A DNA stretch of 62,904 bases, filler included, from Choristocarpus tenellus KU-1152 (GCA_964200185.2; 11 parts of 11 records of this genome joined end to end with filler, not necessarily neighbours in it); one strand, 5' to 3'. Counted from the whole stretch's first letter, positions 49,229 through 61,937 are shown. Program-made: numbers and translations. The notes: a model not told the origin generated them from the sequence alone.

Positions 49229-52200
49229 TTGCCAGAAAGACACACTATCAGTGTCAAACACGATGTGTTGATCCATACTGATATCTGCAGTGTTTAGTTA
49301 TTTCTTTTTACAGTTTGTGTAGTGGACTAGATATGTGCAGATTTCCCAAGTGAGAGACCCAAAGCATCTGGGGGGNNNNNNNNNNNNNNNNNNNNNNNNN
49401 NNNNNNNNNNNNNNNNNNNTTAATTAATTAANNNNNNNNNNNNNNNNNNNNNNNNNNNNNNNNNNNNNNNNNNNNGATCTTGCCGACCAAGAGCGGCGCC
49501 TCCGTTGCCAAAAAAAGGCGAATCTGCCTTTCTGCACGGAGACGAGGTTTCCATTGCTTGCCGATGTCAAGGTAGCACAAGGCCAACCCCGTCGACGGGA
49601 GTCAGCTTCTTCTTTGTCACTATCCGATGAGGAAGAGTCTGTTTCCTCGAGCCCGCCGAGATCATTGTCACTGCTGACGAAATTATCTCCTCCACCCGAG
49701 CGTTCGCATATCCGAGAAAGAAATTGTTCTTGTTCTCTGAGACACAGTTGTCGACCTGGTCAGTTTGGGGAGTTGGGAGCGAGGGAGGAATAGGCGTGAG
49801 GCCGATATGTCAGCCCATTTCGCCGCGTTTCGTGGAGGAACAGGGTATGTTTCCATGACTGCTAGAGCGCAAGCTCTACGTCACCGCCATCGTACATGCA
49901 ACAAGCAACACACTAACCAAAACTAAAGACCGTGCAGTTAGATTTTTAGTGACCGGTATTAAGCGAGTATGTGTTGAGTAGGTCGTGTCAAGATGAACAT
50001 TTTATACCTGCCAATGCGCGTGCTGGATGATGTGACTCCCCGCATGATCGAGGCTGTTGTGGTACTTGTCGATAAGCCTAGTGAGGGCAAGGTGGGTGGC
50101 TGTGCAGACATGGTTACAACCTGTGCGAACGATGATGTCCGTCGTTAGTTGGCAAATAGTACTCTGCTTACTTACGCATTGTATATTTGGAGCTAAAAAG
50201 AGGGGTAATGGAATTTGTTTTTGCAATGTAGAGCACATACACCCAAATGGCTGATGTACATGTCCGTGGGTTTTCCTCCTCGTTGATTAGCTCTTACGCT
50301 CCTCTCGCCGTAACCCTAAGCTGATGCATAGGATGGCAGGGGAGCACAGCGCATCATCAGTTAATGGACTGTTCACTAGGCCTGCGGTATCTGTAGGCAC
50401 GTCGTGTAGGGATGTACTCATCCTCTCTAATTTTAGGCAGGTCCACTCGCCACGACGGTAAATGAAGTAGTGTGTTCACTGAAGCATCTATTCAGTCATG
50501 TAATTGTTTGCCACAACCAACATTACGTACCTCCTCCAAGATTGATAGGAGTGAAGAACACCTCTGCGAACTGACCTTCGACGTGCGCAGCCATGATTTT
50601 CTGGCGCTCGGAGTAGCCCCTGATAAGAAGGACATGAATCAAAGAATCGTGTAAAGAAAGGTTCTACGGTGCGTCGTCATCATGACGATCGGAATAGGTG
50701 GTGGAATAATGTTAATCTGTTTTGTCGGTTATTTCTCGCGACTTTGCACTCATTCGTAGAATAAAACAGGGTCGTCTATTCTGTTCTGCGTGTGGCTGCC
50801 GACTTGTTGTCAGATGGACTATGCGTGCATGTGGTTACCTGTCACCACCGTGGGTAGGTGGGTAAAGTGCTGGGAGGGCGTGTGCTGTCTGGTTCACGGC
50901 GTCTACGGACATGAACACGAAGCCGAGAGGTTTGCCGTCGGCTTTGGCCCACATGGCGCTACTGGTGCTGTTGGCGATAACCAGCCGATCCGCTTGGATA
51001 ATCTGGCGAATGGGGGAGAGCAACATCACGTCTGTAAATCAAATAAATCTGCTCAGAGTTGTAAAAAAATGGCCACTTATTAACACGTATCAGGTTAGTA
51101 ACAAAATTGAGTGTAAGTAAAAATAAATGTTGGTCTTTGAATGAGTTTTTTAATGCTGCGTTCAATACAAACACAGTATTATCGGGATTGTCGGAAGCAC
51201 GTACGTACGGGGCCTGAGAAGCCGCTACAGTACCTGTCCCTCCTACATCCCGTTGTACATGACCAGGAAGCAGTCTATCATACAACGTGTGTGGGCAGGT
51301 AATAAGAACGTTTTTGCGGTAAAACAGCGTTAGGCTGCTGCCATTAGCACCTGTGTGGGAGTCTTCATTCGCAAATGGAAACAGATGTTCTTCAAAATGG
51401 AGGGCAATGATGGCGACATGTTGCCACTGAACTCTTGTTGCACAATTAACGCTAGACACATACCTCTCGATGGTCTGACAGCTCCTTATCGATGGACTCG
51501 AGGACGGTGGAGTAGTTCGTGGGTATTACACCAGGCGCACCGTGTCACTTCTCTTTTAAGGTGACACATATTTCACATTTCATAAACTCGCCTCCTACCC
51601 TCACCCTGATGTTGGGCCTGTCCTCTCTGAGCAATCGGAGGAAGTGTGCCCTGCTTACCCACTTGGAAGGGTCGTCAGGATACACCCGTATTGCCTCTTT
51701 GCAAAAATCCTTTTATAGCTCCTAATTAAAAATGTTAGTTGTGTGGGTAAGTGAGGAGTTATTGAGAAGGAACACTCGAAGAATACCCCTGGAAGATCTC
51801 TCGGAGGCGGGCTGACGAATAACTTGACTGAGAACGCGGAAGACAAGATCAAGCAAGCTTACATCGTGCGTTAAGAAAGAGCAAACACAATGACCTTCCT
51901 AAATCTGCCATGAGCGTCGTTTTGTTCGGGCCTCGCTGCCGTTTACAGAAGCGGCAAAGGAGGCGAATATACCATCATAATCATCTTCATCGTGAAGCGT
52001 TTTAGACACACGAAGTACACACCTTTCCTACCAATGTCAGACCGGGACTGGGACCGCAAAGTATGTGTACACAGCATCGAAATAACAGTTACTGTGCCTT
52101 CCTTCGTAAAAGCGACGAAGAGTATCATCATCAACATTGTAGTCTCGACATAGCAAACGAAAAAAATAGCCCTTGGTACGAATCTTCAAATGTTCTTTGA

Positions 52201-52501
52201 ACCTTAATATCAGACCGGTCCAAGTAATGAACATCCTCCAACACAGGGTGCGGCCAACCTCTCCACAACTAAGGGCAAAACCTACCTGTTTGTTTGCGGC
52301 GTAGATCACAATTGTGGACTTGTGAGGCATGAACTGCCCGTATGTATCAGCCCAGTAGTCTATCCAGGACATCACCAGGTCTCGCTTCGGAGCCATGTCC
52401 TTATCTTTGTTCGTGCCGTTCCTGTTGTAGTAGCGCACGCATGTATATAAATGGATGGGAGATGTGTTAGAGGTGGATACGAGGGACGGGGGATGGAATC
52501 C

Positions 52502-52758
52502 GAGTGAAAGTATCTTAGAGGGTGCGAGTTTTGCCCTGTTTGTCAATTTGAGGCTTGGCTTCCCATGTTTTTTTAAATGCCATTTTCCTACTCCGAAATA
52601 TTTTGGAGTACGTAAAAGGTATGTTATGAAAATGTGTGTCCGGAACAAGGATACTGAGACTTCATGACAAACAGGAAAGCCAAAATTTCATCAAAATTGC
52701 AACATTGGATTTTGGCTCCCAAATGGACGCGCTCCTACCCTCTAAGATACTTTGGCTC
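52502..52758 (-). mobile_element. MITE family A copy 8 (in a transposase intron)
   Basis: TIRs; TSD ATCC. Confidence 0.92.
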
Positions 52759-53135
52759 ATCCTAGAGGTATCGTATGCCAGCAGTGGATCACATACTCTG
52801 TACATATTTACGCGTCGTACATGCTGCAGCAGCTTGGGGACGGTCGGATGAGATGATGTTGTTGAAGCATGAAAAACATATCGCACGTGCATATAGATAC
52901 ATAGGTCAGTCATTACTCCACGCTGGAGGGACCTCTAGCTTTGTATATCATACATCTAGGCATGGTAACTGCAAAGTGAACCGGGTGGGTGAGGTCGGAT
53001 GACATTGTTCTCAGATAGGACTACTATTGTGTGTTCAAGCAGGGGGGAAAATATCCCGGGTACAAGTGACACTGTGTACATACTTCAAACCCACCTCTCC
53101 ACGCCGGTGGATGCTCTTGCGTTAGGTGCACCTTT

Positions 53136-53395
53136 GAGCCAAAGTATCTTAGAGGGTAGAGCCGCGTCCATTTGGGGGTTAAAATCCAATGTTGCGATTT
53201 TGATGTAATTTTTGGCTATCGTGTTTGTTAAGAAGTGTCAATATCCGTTTTCCAGACACACCTTTTCATAACATACACATTTTACGTACTCCTAAGCATT
53301 TCCGAGTAGGAAAATTTCATAAAAGAACCCATGGGAAGCCAATCCCCAAATGGACAAACAGGGCAAAACTCTTACCCTCTAAGATACTTTCACTC
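53136..53395 (+). mobile_element. MITE family A copy 9 (in transposase exon 2)
   Basis: TIRs; TTT duplication; removal restores IDACK-GAPNARAS. Confidence 0.92.
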
Positions 53396-53989
53396 TTTGC
53401 AAGCATCGATGACATGATTGGATATCCCGAACGATGCCTTGAAAAAATCCGTACTGACGGGAATGCCGGCCGCGAGCATAGATCCACATGGAGGTCCCAA
53501 CTTAATCACAGGTACACGGTCGCCAACGAACTCCTTGCGATCACGGCGGTTGTCACACGCCCGGATAATATCCTGCTCTTTGGCCAAGGTACGTGCAAGG
53601 AAAGACTCACCATCTGCCGCGAACTTCTTCACACAGGCTAAGCGCTTGCAGCAGTCATCCTGTTCGTTGATCGGGATGGGTTCAGCCCATCCTTGGCAAA
53701 GCTTGGCGCCGGTCGCTGAAGCGTCATTGGTAAGAAGCTCCAGCGCATCATTGTTGGCGGGCTGTGAGGGGGCAACACGGGGGGAGACGTAGGTGGCAAA
53801 AGCCACCCCCTGGCTGTGGAAACAACTGGCATGGTGTTTTCGAGCAACATGCGGTCTTGGGCAGTGAGAAGGTGTAAGAATGATTAGATTCGAAGACGAG
53901 TGTACGAACTTTGTTTGAGCCTCGGGCGATCGGTGGGATCACCTTGAGATCCATGATCCTGAAAATCCGTGTATTACGTTTTTATGAAG

Positions 53990-54720
53990 TTGTAAATCTG
54001 ATTATATCCGTACTTACAAATTGTTTAAAATACGAAGCACATACTTCATTGATCTTGTATGTTTCCAATTTACAGTAACCAAAACGTCAAAAAACAACTT
54101 GCACCCTCTACATATTTGAAGTACAAAATATTACCAAATTAGATACATGGATTGTCATAAATTGTAGAGACGACAGAAAGTGGTTCTTTAAGTAAAACTG
54201 ATCCGGTCGGAATCAGTTTTACTCGTGAACACCCTAGACACGTGCATTAGGATTTTTTAAGTAGTAAATCCAGAAATAACCGTTCTTACATTTTTTGAAA
54301 ATACCAAGAACGCACTTTATGGGTCTCACACGTTTCCAATTTTCAGAAACTAAAAGGACACTTCCAACTGGTACCCACTATTTATTTAAATACTAAATCC
54401 GCTCTTAGGCGTCTTTAGTATTTAAATAAACACTAGAGACCAAAAAAAGCGTATCTATGGTATTAAAGATCCGTCCGGATAGCTTTTACCGTTGAACACC
54501 CAAAACACGTGCGTTAGAGTTTTTACAAAATTAGAATGATATTCTAATATTTACATCAAGAAATACAGATACAAACCACATCCTTCATTGATCCAATATG
54601 TTTGAAACGTACCAAACGAAAAGGTCACAAAAAAACAGCTACTCTCTGTCCCATTTCAATATGAAATCGTATGCTGTTTGATATTCGTATTTTTTATAAC
54701 ACATTTCTCATAAAAATCGT
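53990..54720. repeat. Degenerate direct repeats of about 268 bp (about 2.7 units) with a 17-bp-arm palindrome
   Basis: GATCCG..CGGA...TTTTAC...TGAACACCC..(A/G)ACACGTGC.TTAG at about 54200 and 54468; CTTCATTGATC at about 54044 and 54583. Confidence 0.7.
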
Positions 54721-55660
54721 GAAATCTGAGTTTTGAGGACCGACAGACCAGATGAAATAAAACAGCACCTCCCATCCCTCAGTCCTCATTTCAATTCATT
54801 CCCTTCCGTAGATACCACGCAGACCTCTTACTTATCCATCCCCATCACACCCTCCCAATATTTGCCATNNNNNNNNNNNNNNNNNNNNNNNNNNNNNNNN
54901 NNNNNNNNNNNNTTAATTAATTAANNNNNNNNNNNNNNNNNNNNNNNNNNNNNNNNNNNNNNNNNNNNTTTGTCATTTTTCAACATGCCCCTCCCCCCCC
55001 CCCCCTCCCCCCTCCCCTGTCATCTCTTCTTCCTCGAGGTGTCTTGAGAATTTCCTTTGTGTGGAAAGATGGGAACAATCTGAGATGGTATGTGTGTTGT
55101 TGTATGATGTAGGTAGTTTTGTTGCATTTTGATTGATGTTTTCAATGAAGTACATTTATGTGTGTTTGTGTTTGTGTTCATTGTTTATTAATGTCAAGTC
55201 CCTTTCTGTCTGTTGGATGAAACTGTCTGTTGGTGAACAAAGGGAAACGGGCAGTCAAACAGGGCGGCAGCGGCAATAAATAATGGACGTAATGTATTTA
55301 TTATTATTATTATTATTAGTGCTACTGTGTTTTTTTATGTATTTATTATTATTATTATTAGTGCTACTGTGTTTTTTATTATTAGTAGTAGTAGTAGTTG
55401 CGGTTGGTGGATTCCCGTTGATAGATACATAATTTTTAATATTATTTTTTAATCTATGTATGCACTTGCGTATGTATAATAATAATATATGAATATAATT
55501 CATGGCAAATTGAGTGTAGAAATTATTATTTTTTAATCTATGTATGAACGTGGTGTCGTTGCCGTACACTCACTCAGTACAGGAGACATTATGTGGGTGT
55601 GCAAAAATTTTGAATTAGAGAAAGTGGTAGCTTCAATTTGATCAAATATATACCCCGTAA

Positions 55661-55690
55661 AGGGTTAGGGTTAGGGTTAGGGTTAGGGTT
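55661..55690 (+). repeat. Interstitial telomere-type repeat (TTAGGG), about 5 units
   Basis: AGGGTTAGGGTTAGGGTTAGGGTTAGGGTT. Confidence 0.85.
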
Positions 55691-56757
55691 TTATTAGAGT
55701 GTTTTTCGGTGGAGTGCCTAAGAATGAGTGCGTTTGAAGTATTAAAAAAGGTTACATTCAATTTCGTTTTTTTTTATTTATTCTCTTTTTGTTATTGCGT
55801 GACGTTTTTTTGGAATCAGTCGACTCTTGTCGGAAAATATTTGGCAGTTTTTTTTTTTACGATGCTGTTCTTAGGGTTAGGGGAATGATTCTTGCTGCAC
55901 AGGTAGGAAGGAGTACAACTTCTTATGATTTGCTAACTGATAAAAAATATGAATATATATATATATTCCGGAGTAATTACATGGTTGATAATTTTCTCTG
56001 TTGAAGCAGTGCACTTTAAAATTAACAGTATGTATATTTTCAGTTATTATATATTTTTTTACGTTTGGTGTGGTCTTATTTTATCATCATATTTTTTTTG
56101 TTCTACCTGTGGTGATTTAGAATTCTTCCAAAATTTTATTTATTCAAACTTCAATTGTGTGTGTGTTTAAAAAAAAGGTATGATCTAGAAACTTTTTTTT
56201 TCATTTTTTGTTAGAAAGTGTTGCGATCACGACTCTCTGTGCATGCATGCCTGTGTACTTGAAACATCCAAATGTCTCTTTTACATCATTTGAATTTTTG
56301 TCATTGTGTTCTATTTGAAAGAATACTTTTTCAAAATCAGAAAACGAAATACATCCAATTTTTTGTATAAATAAATATGTATGTATATATACTTCTTTTG
56401 CATCATTTTAATTTTTTTCATGTTCTATCTAAACGATTACTTTTTCAAAAATCAGAACACAAACAAAAATATATTTATATTTATATTTATATTAATATAG
56501 TAATATTTATATTAATATTTATATTCGTATGTGTATATACTTTTTTTGTCAAATGTATCACACCTGCATCTCACATCCTTTTCTGGGCAATAGTTAACAT
56601 TTTTGTCAGTACCTTCTGCCGCCGCTTCATTTCTCATTTTTTTTTTAATTTTACATTTAAAACAAAAAATAATTTGTCGTATTAAAAAAAAACTCTAGCG
56701 AACGGTGATTAACGCAACATGCACTGTAACACAACACTGTAACACAACACTCCTCAG

Positions 56758-59317
56758 CTAGTGGACAATGACGAGGCTTACACCTATGAGATGAGTCGTA
56801 TCGGCAAGGTGTTCGGACTGAAGATCAAGGAGATCAAGAGACGCTGTATGGTTGTTGGCATGCCTTTCTATGAAAAAGTAAGTGGGTGAGTGAGTGATTG
56901 AGTGAGTGAGTGAGTGGGTGGGTGTGTGTGTGTGTGTGAATGAGTGAATGAGAGAGTGTGTATTTAGGGTATTGTAGTCATTTGTAGTTGAGGTACTAAA
57001 TTTGAGGTACTGAAGTGTGCATCACCCTTACTGCTGCTGCTGCTGCTTTTGCTGCTGCTGCTGCTGTTGTATTTTTTTGTTTGTGTTTTTTTTATCCATT
57101 ATTTTTATCTCGTTTGTGCGATTTTTGTTTGAGATGATCCATTTTTATATATTTTTTAAATATTTTTGTTCATACGGTTGGGATCTAACGTTCAAAAATA
57201 TGTTATTGTTTTTACCTGTTGTGTAATACTTGGGCGGCGTTATTGTTGTTATTATTATTGTTATTGTTGTATTATAGTTACAGTTGCAGTTACAGTTACA
57301 GTTATCAACCAGGTCTTGTTCGTGGTGCCTGTCATGTGTCCTCAAATTTGTTTGACGTTATTAACGGATGGGGGTAACGCTCTAAGGCAGCGTCGCTTGC
57401 AGAAGGTTATAGAGTTACATTTAGGGTATGATGCAGAAGGTTATAGAGTTACATCTTGGGTATGATGCAGAAGGTTATAGAGTTACATCTTGGGTATGAT
57501 CAGAAGGTTACAGAGTTACATTTTGGGTATGATGCAGAAGGCTGTAGAGTTACATTTTTGGTATGATCAAAAGGTTATAGAGTTACATTTAGGGTATGAT
57601 GCAGAAGGTTATAGAGTTAAAGTCCCTTACAACTTTATTGTGGTCCTCTGGAGCAGGTTTTTCTTTGTTTATTTCTTTGTTTTTTTACTGTTTTTTTTAT
57701 TGTTTTTGGTTGGTACAATACTTGGCACTGACTTTGAAATTTCAGCACAATCAGACTTGATTTGATGTGTAACTATTCTGATAACATAATAATGTAGTGG
57801 GTTATCAAACATCTGACTTTCTGATCTCATTCATTTTTGCTATCCTCCCAAGTTTATCGAAGTTATCCTCAACAGATGAATTATGTATGTATGTATGTGT
57901 ATATATAGGTATGTGTATGTATTGTATGTATATATTGCATTTTTTAATTTGATCTAGAGTGAAGTACTACAGGAACTGTTGGTAAAGGGACCATATTTTT
58001 TTTCTGTTTTATTCTATGTTTATTAATGAACAAGTTCTAAGCTTAAAATGTGTGAAACGTTTTTTATACACTACTGCGAATATCGTCATTTTAATTAAAT
58101 TATTTTTGCAGTTTATTTTTAATTTTTTTATGGAGTAGGAGTTTTTTATTTTTAATAATTTTTATTGCAGCTCTTTTTTAAGTATTCTTAATTTAGTTGT
58201 TTTGGGGAATGTTTTTTTTGGGTCTGGAATTTAGTGATCCTGCCTTTTTTATGATTTCCACACCTGGAGCTCTTTTTTTTCCAGAAAACGACTTACGTAA
58301 TAGGAGGGATTTTTTAAAGCTTCTTTTTTCTCTTTCATTTTTTTTACCGTTCTTTTTTATTTTATTTGTATCATTTCTTTTTAGATTTTTTATTGTATGT
58401 CTACATTTTGTTCTCATGTTCAGGTAGCTTGGTACGGATTGCTTAAAAAATATCTATTTTATCTGTTGGTTTTTTCTTTTTTTAATTATTATTAATTTCA
58501 GATAGGCCTTTTTTTCTAATTTGTTTTGTTTATGCAGGCTTTTTTTTATTTTATACCTTTTTTGTCACACTTGTGTATTTAAATAATCTCTTTATTATTG
58601 TGTTTAAATCAATCTCTTTGTTACATTATATTCATATCCTCTTTATTATTGCACATACATCATTTCTCTTTACTATTCATTTGAATCATTCTCTTTATCA
58701 TTATACTTGAATCTTTTCTCTTTATTATTGTATTTAAATAATTCTCTTTCTTATACTTGAATGATTCTCTTTATTGGTGTATTTTAAATCATTCTCATTA
58801 TTATTACACTTGAGTCTTTTTTCTTTGTTCCAGCATTTGAATCATTCTCTTTATTGGTATATTTTTAAACATTCTCTTTTTTAGCATATTTAAAACATTC
58901 TCATCATTATTGTACATATATCATTCTCTTCATTATCCATTTAAATCAATCTCATTATCATCCATTTAAATCATTCTCTTTATCATCCATTTAAATCATT
59001 CTCTTTATTATCCATTTAAATCATTCTCTTTATCATCCATTTAAATCATTCTCTTTATTATCCATTTAAATCATTCTCTTTATTATCCATTTAAATCAAT
59101 CTCATTATTATCCATTTAAATCATTCTCTTTATTATCCATTTAAATCATTCTCATTATTATCCATTTAAATCATTCTCGTTATTATATCGAAATCTAGGC
59201 GCTCGAGTCTGTTGCAGAGAGGTGGGATTCAGTGAGTGTGGATGCACTGAAGAAGGCAAGGTCTACCCTTGGCATCAATGATCCTGTTGCGCTTCAGAAG
59301 CACCTCAAGCTATACAG
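56758..59317 (+). CDS. Two in-phase internal exons (56758-56877, 59199-59317) of a helical protein, possibly Tic110-like plastid translocon subunit
   Basis: CAG|CTA...AAA|GTAAGT and TAG|GCG...CAG|GTG; LVDNDEAYTYEMSRIGKVFGL..FYEK|ALESV..LKKARSTLGINDPVA loosely resembles the Tic110 LVFGEAS..KRVF..LY..KLKSV region. Exons are solid, product is tentative. Confidence 0.55.
57399..57620. repeat. 34-bp intronic minisatellite, about 6.5 units
   Basis: GCAGAAGGTTATAGAGTTACAT(TTA/CTT)GGGTATGAT. Confidence 0.95.
58570..59185. repeat. 25-bp intronic minisatellite, about 24 units
   Basis: TATTATCCATTTAAATCATTCTCTT, nearly perfect from 58930 to 59180. Confidence 0.95.
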
Positions 59318-59615
59318 GTGTGAATTTGAACTCTGAAGCTGAACTCGACCAGTGGATAATTTTTTTTTTTGAAAAGGGGGTTACAAAACGGTTTGCGGTG
59401 ATTTTTTTTTTTGTATACATACATATATATTCCTGTTGTTGATCCTCTGTTTTTCTATTGTATTGCGTGTAAGGTTCGAAACTGGCTTTATTTTAAAATA
59501 AAATAGATTGCGCTCTTTTTAAAAATCTACTACTGCTGTGCATGCGCAGGATGGAAAGTGAGCGGAGATATAAAATAAAATAATATTTTTTTTGCCAGGC
59601 AATTGTTTTCTCTGT

Positions 59616-59651
<36 letters not shown>

Positions 59652-59976
59652 TCAGTATTTATTGCGGTGGTGGGAATCTGAGTGTAATTATTATTATTAT
59701 TGTTGAGAGTATTGATGCGCGTTATCGTTTGTTTGTGTTTGTGTGTGTGTGTGTTTTTTTTTTTTCCGGCTCTCTGTGCATATTATTTTTATTTCACTGT
59801 GTCCACCGTAAGTACACGTAATGCACATTTTAATTTTTTACATTTTTTGTCTGTTGCTGCTGCTGCTGCTGCTGTCCCAAGACACCAATGGTTCACTTTC
59901 TCCATGCTTTTTTGAAAATTTATTTTCATGTTGAGAGTACATTGTATTTGAATACTTGGGGGTCTCTTCTCCCATA

Positions 59977-60039
<63 letters not shown>

Positions 60040-60208
60040 CCCCCCCCTCCCCCTCCCCTCTTTCCCCGGCCCGCCCCTCGGCTGCGCCCCCCCCACCCCC
60101 CCCCCCCCNNNNNNNNNNNNNNNNNNNNNNNNNNNNNNNNNNNNNNNNNNNNTTAATTAATTAANNNNNNNNNNNNNNNNNNNNNNNNNNNNNNNNNNNN
60201 NNNNNNNN

Positions 60209-60290
60209 CTCTAATAACGACATATATATAGTTTTCATTGGTTTCCCCCCTGACACATCTGCAAAATGTCAGAGGGCATAATAATATAAT
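60209..60290 (+). mobile_element. Non-LTR retroposon 3' end
   Basis: GTTTTCATTGGTTTCCCCCCTGACACATCTGCAAAATGTCAGAGGGCATAATAAT. Confidence 0.75.
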
Positions 60291-61937
60291 ATTAGAGAAA
60301 AACGGGATATAAGAGAGGGATAAATTGCCTTATCACAACTTTTCAGTATATAAGAGAGGTTTTGACCTATTCCTGGCAATTCTCTCTTATACCAAGCAAA
60401 CTCATATTTTTTTTAAGGGACAAGAGAGTCCAACATTAAACAAGACAGTATGAATCGTGTGATTCTGTGGCGGCGTGGTTCACTCAGGCAAGTGTGGTGA
60501 AGAGAACCACCGAGCAAGACAGACCACACAAACAAGGACGAACCGTAACCGAGGGTACAAGGTTAAGGTTGGACAAGTGCAAACAAACTTAGGAGTGATG
60601 AGCACCATCAAAGATGGGGCTTCATCACCATCAGTCAAGACGTGAGAATAAAGTGGATCTTCCATGTGTGACATTCCAACAGAAAGTATGTCCGTGAAAT
60701 CATGGACTCTTAACTACGAGCCTCAATTGGTACCACGGTATAACGGTATATGGCATACGGCAATAACAGTATAATAACAGGTAAACATGCTTTCCACATC
60801 ACCCCCCCCTCTGATCGGCCTTGAAGCCATGTAAAACATGATTCAAGGTAAACCAAAAGGTGAGCTCTGGGAGCGAAATGGGAAACATGTGTGATTGTTA
60901 GTATACTATTGCACCATTGTATTACACGACTCCATTCACACAAAATGAAGTATACAATATAAACTAGGCTAATGATGTACATCTGATCAGGATAACATGG
61001 CCTAAAGGTTGGTGTGTGGTCAGCACACCAATCAAGCTTACAAGATCTGAGAGTATGGGATCAGTATTTCAATCAGCCTAAGGACGAGGGGAGAGGTATA
61101 TGTGGCCAGCATATAGGTCTCTAGTATCTTGTATAATAAAGAGGATATACTCAGAATGGGGAGACGAGGAGCAAACACTATACACGATGTCAACAAAACG
61201 AGTTGACTAGTGTTTGTGATTCGACATTGCTATATGGGTGTTATACGATGATTTGATCACCACTCCGATGCGTGAAAACAACATTGCGTGTTATGCAATC
61301 AAATCAACACAGCAAACGACGAGATCAAATGTGTGCACCCATTCTCCTTCCTCAATTCTGACTTTGATTGGAATATTGCTCACGACAACAATATTCCAAG
61401 TGAACAACTCGGATGAACTTACATGTTGGTGGCTCAACTCTCCTAAAACGATACGAGGTGACTGTACGGTCATTACATCATGTCGGGGGAATCATGCCAC
61501 ACGAAAAAATAAAATAAAATAAAAATAAATGACCTCACCTGAAGTCTCCATCTCTTACCTGGTAGTAGAGTTGAATCTTCTCTTCTCTTTTTTTTTTTTA
61601 GGATGGGATTAGTCATTTCATGATGATCAATAAATCCATTTCATGAAAGCGTGACATGATGTGATGAACAACCACCTTTAGCATACACGTGCTAATATAA
61701 TGTGCCCGGTGATAACGGTCTCTTCACCACTGCATGTGTCCACTCATGCAAACGAGGAGAGTTGAGAGATAAATTAATTGTATATTAATTTATCTAAATC
61801 CACCAACATTTATGTAGTCTATTTGCTAGGATTGATAAACCTGGTAAACACGAGATGCCAAGTCAGAGCTGGACGTGAGCAGGTTAACTGGCATCTGTTA
61901 CCAGTTATCTCATCTCTTCACAAAACGATAGACTATA

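Larger units (their letters stand above)
49690..53954 (-). pseudogene. Spliced Sola2-like (DUF7869-type) DDD transposase pseudogene: exons 53954-53910, 53809-53095 (MITE-interrupted), 52421-52286, 51721-51464, 51002-50839, 50619-50531, 50120-50008, 49755-about 49690
   Basis: All seven introns are GT-AG and phase-compatible; motifs CCKRLAC, FFKASFGIS, WIDYWADTYGQFMP, FMKCEIC, SVDAVNQ..LP, HVEG, GCN, WQ|VDNCVSENKNNFFLGY; two stops in exon 4. Confidence 0.85.

Noticed and set aside
59960-60108. Polyproline ORFs (also 41191-41576)
   Set aside because: Long C/G homopolymers at gap edges, typical low-quality sequence
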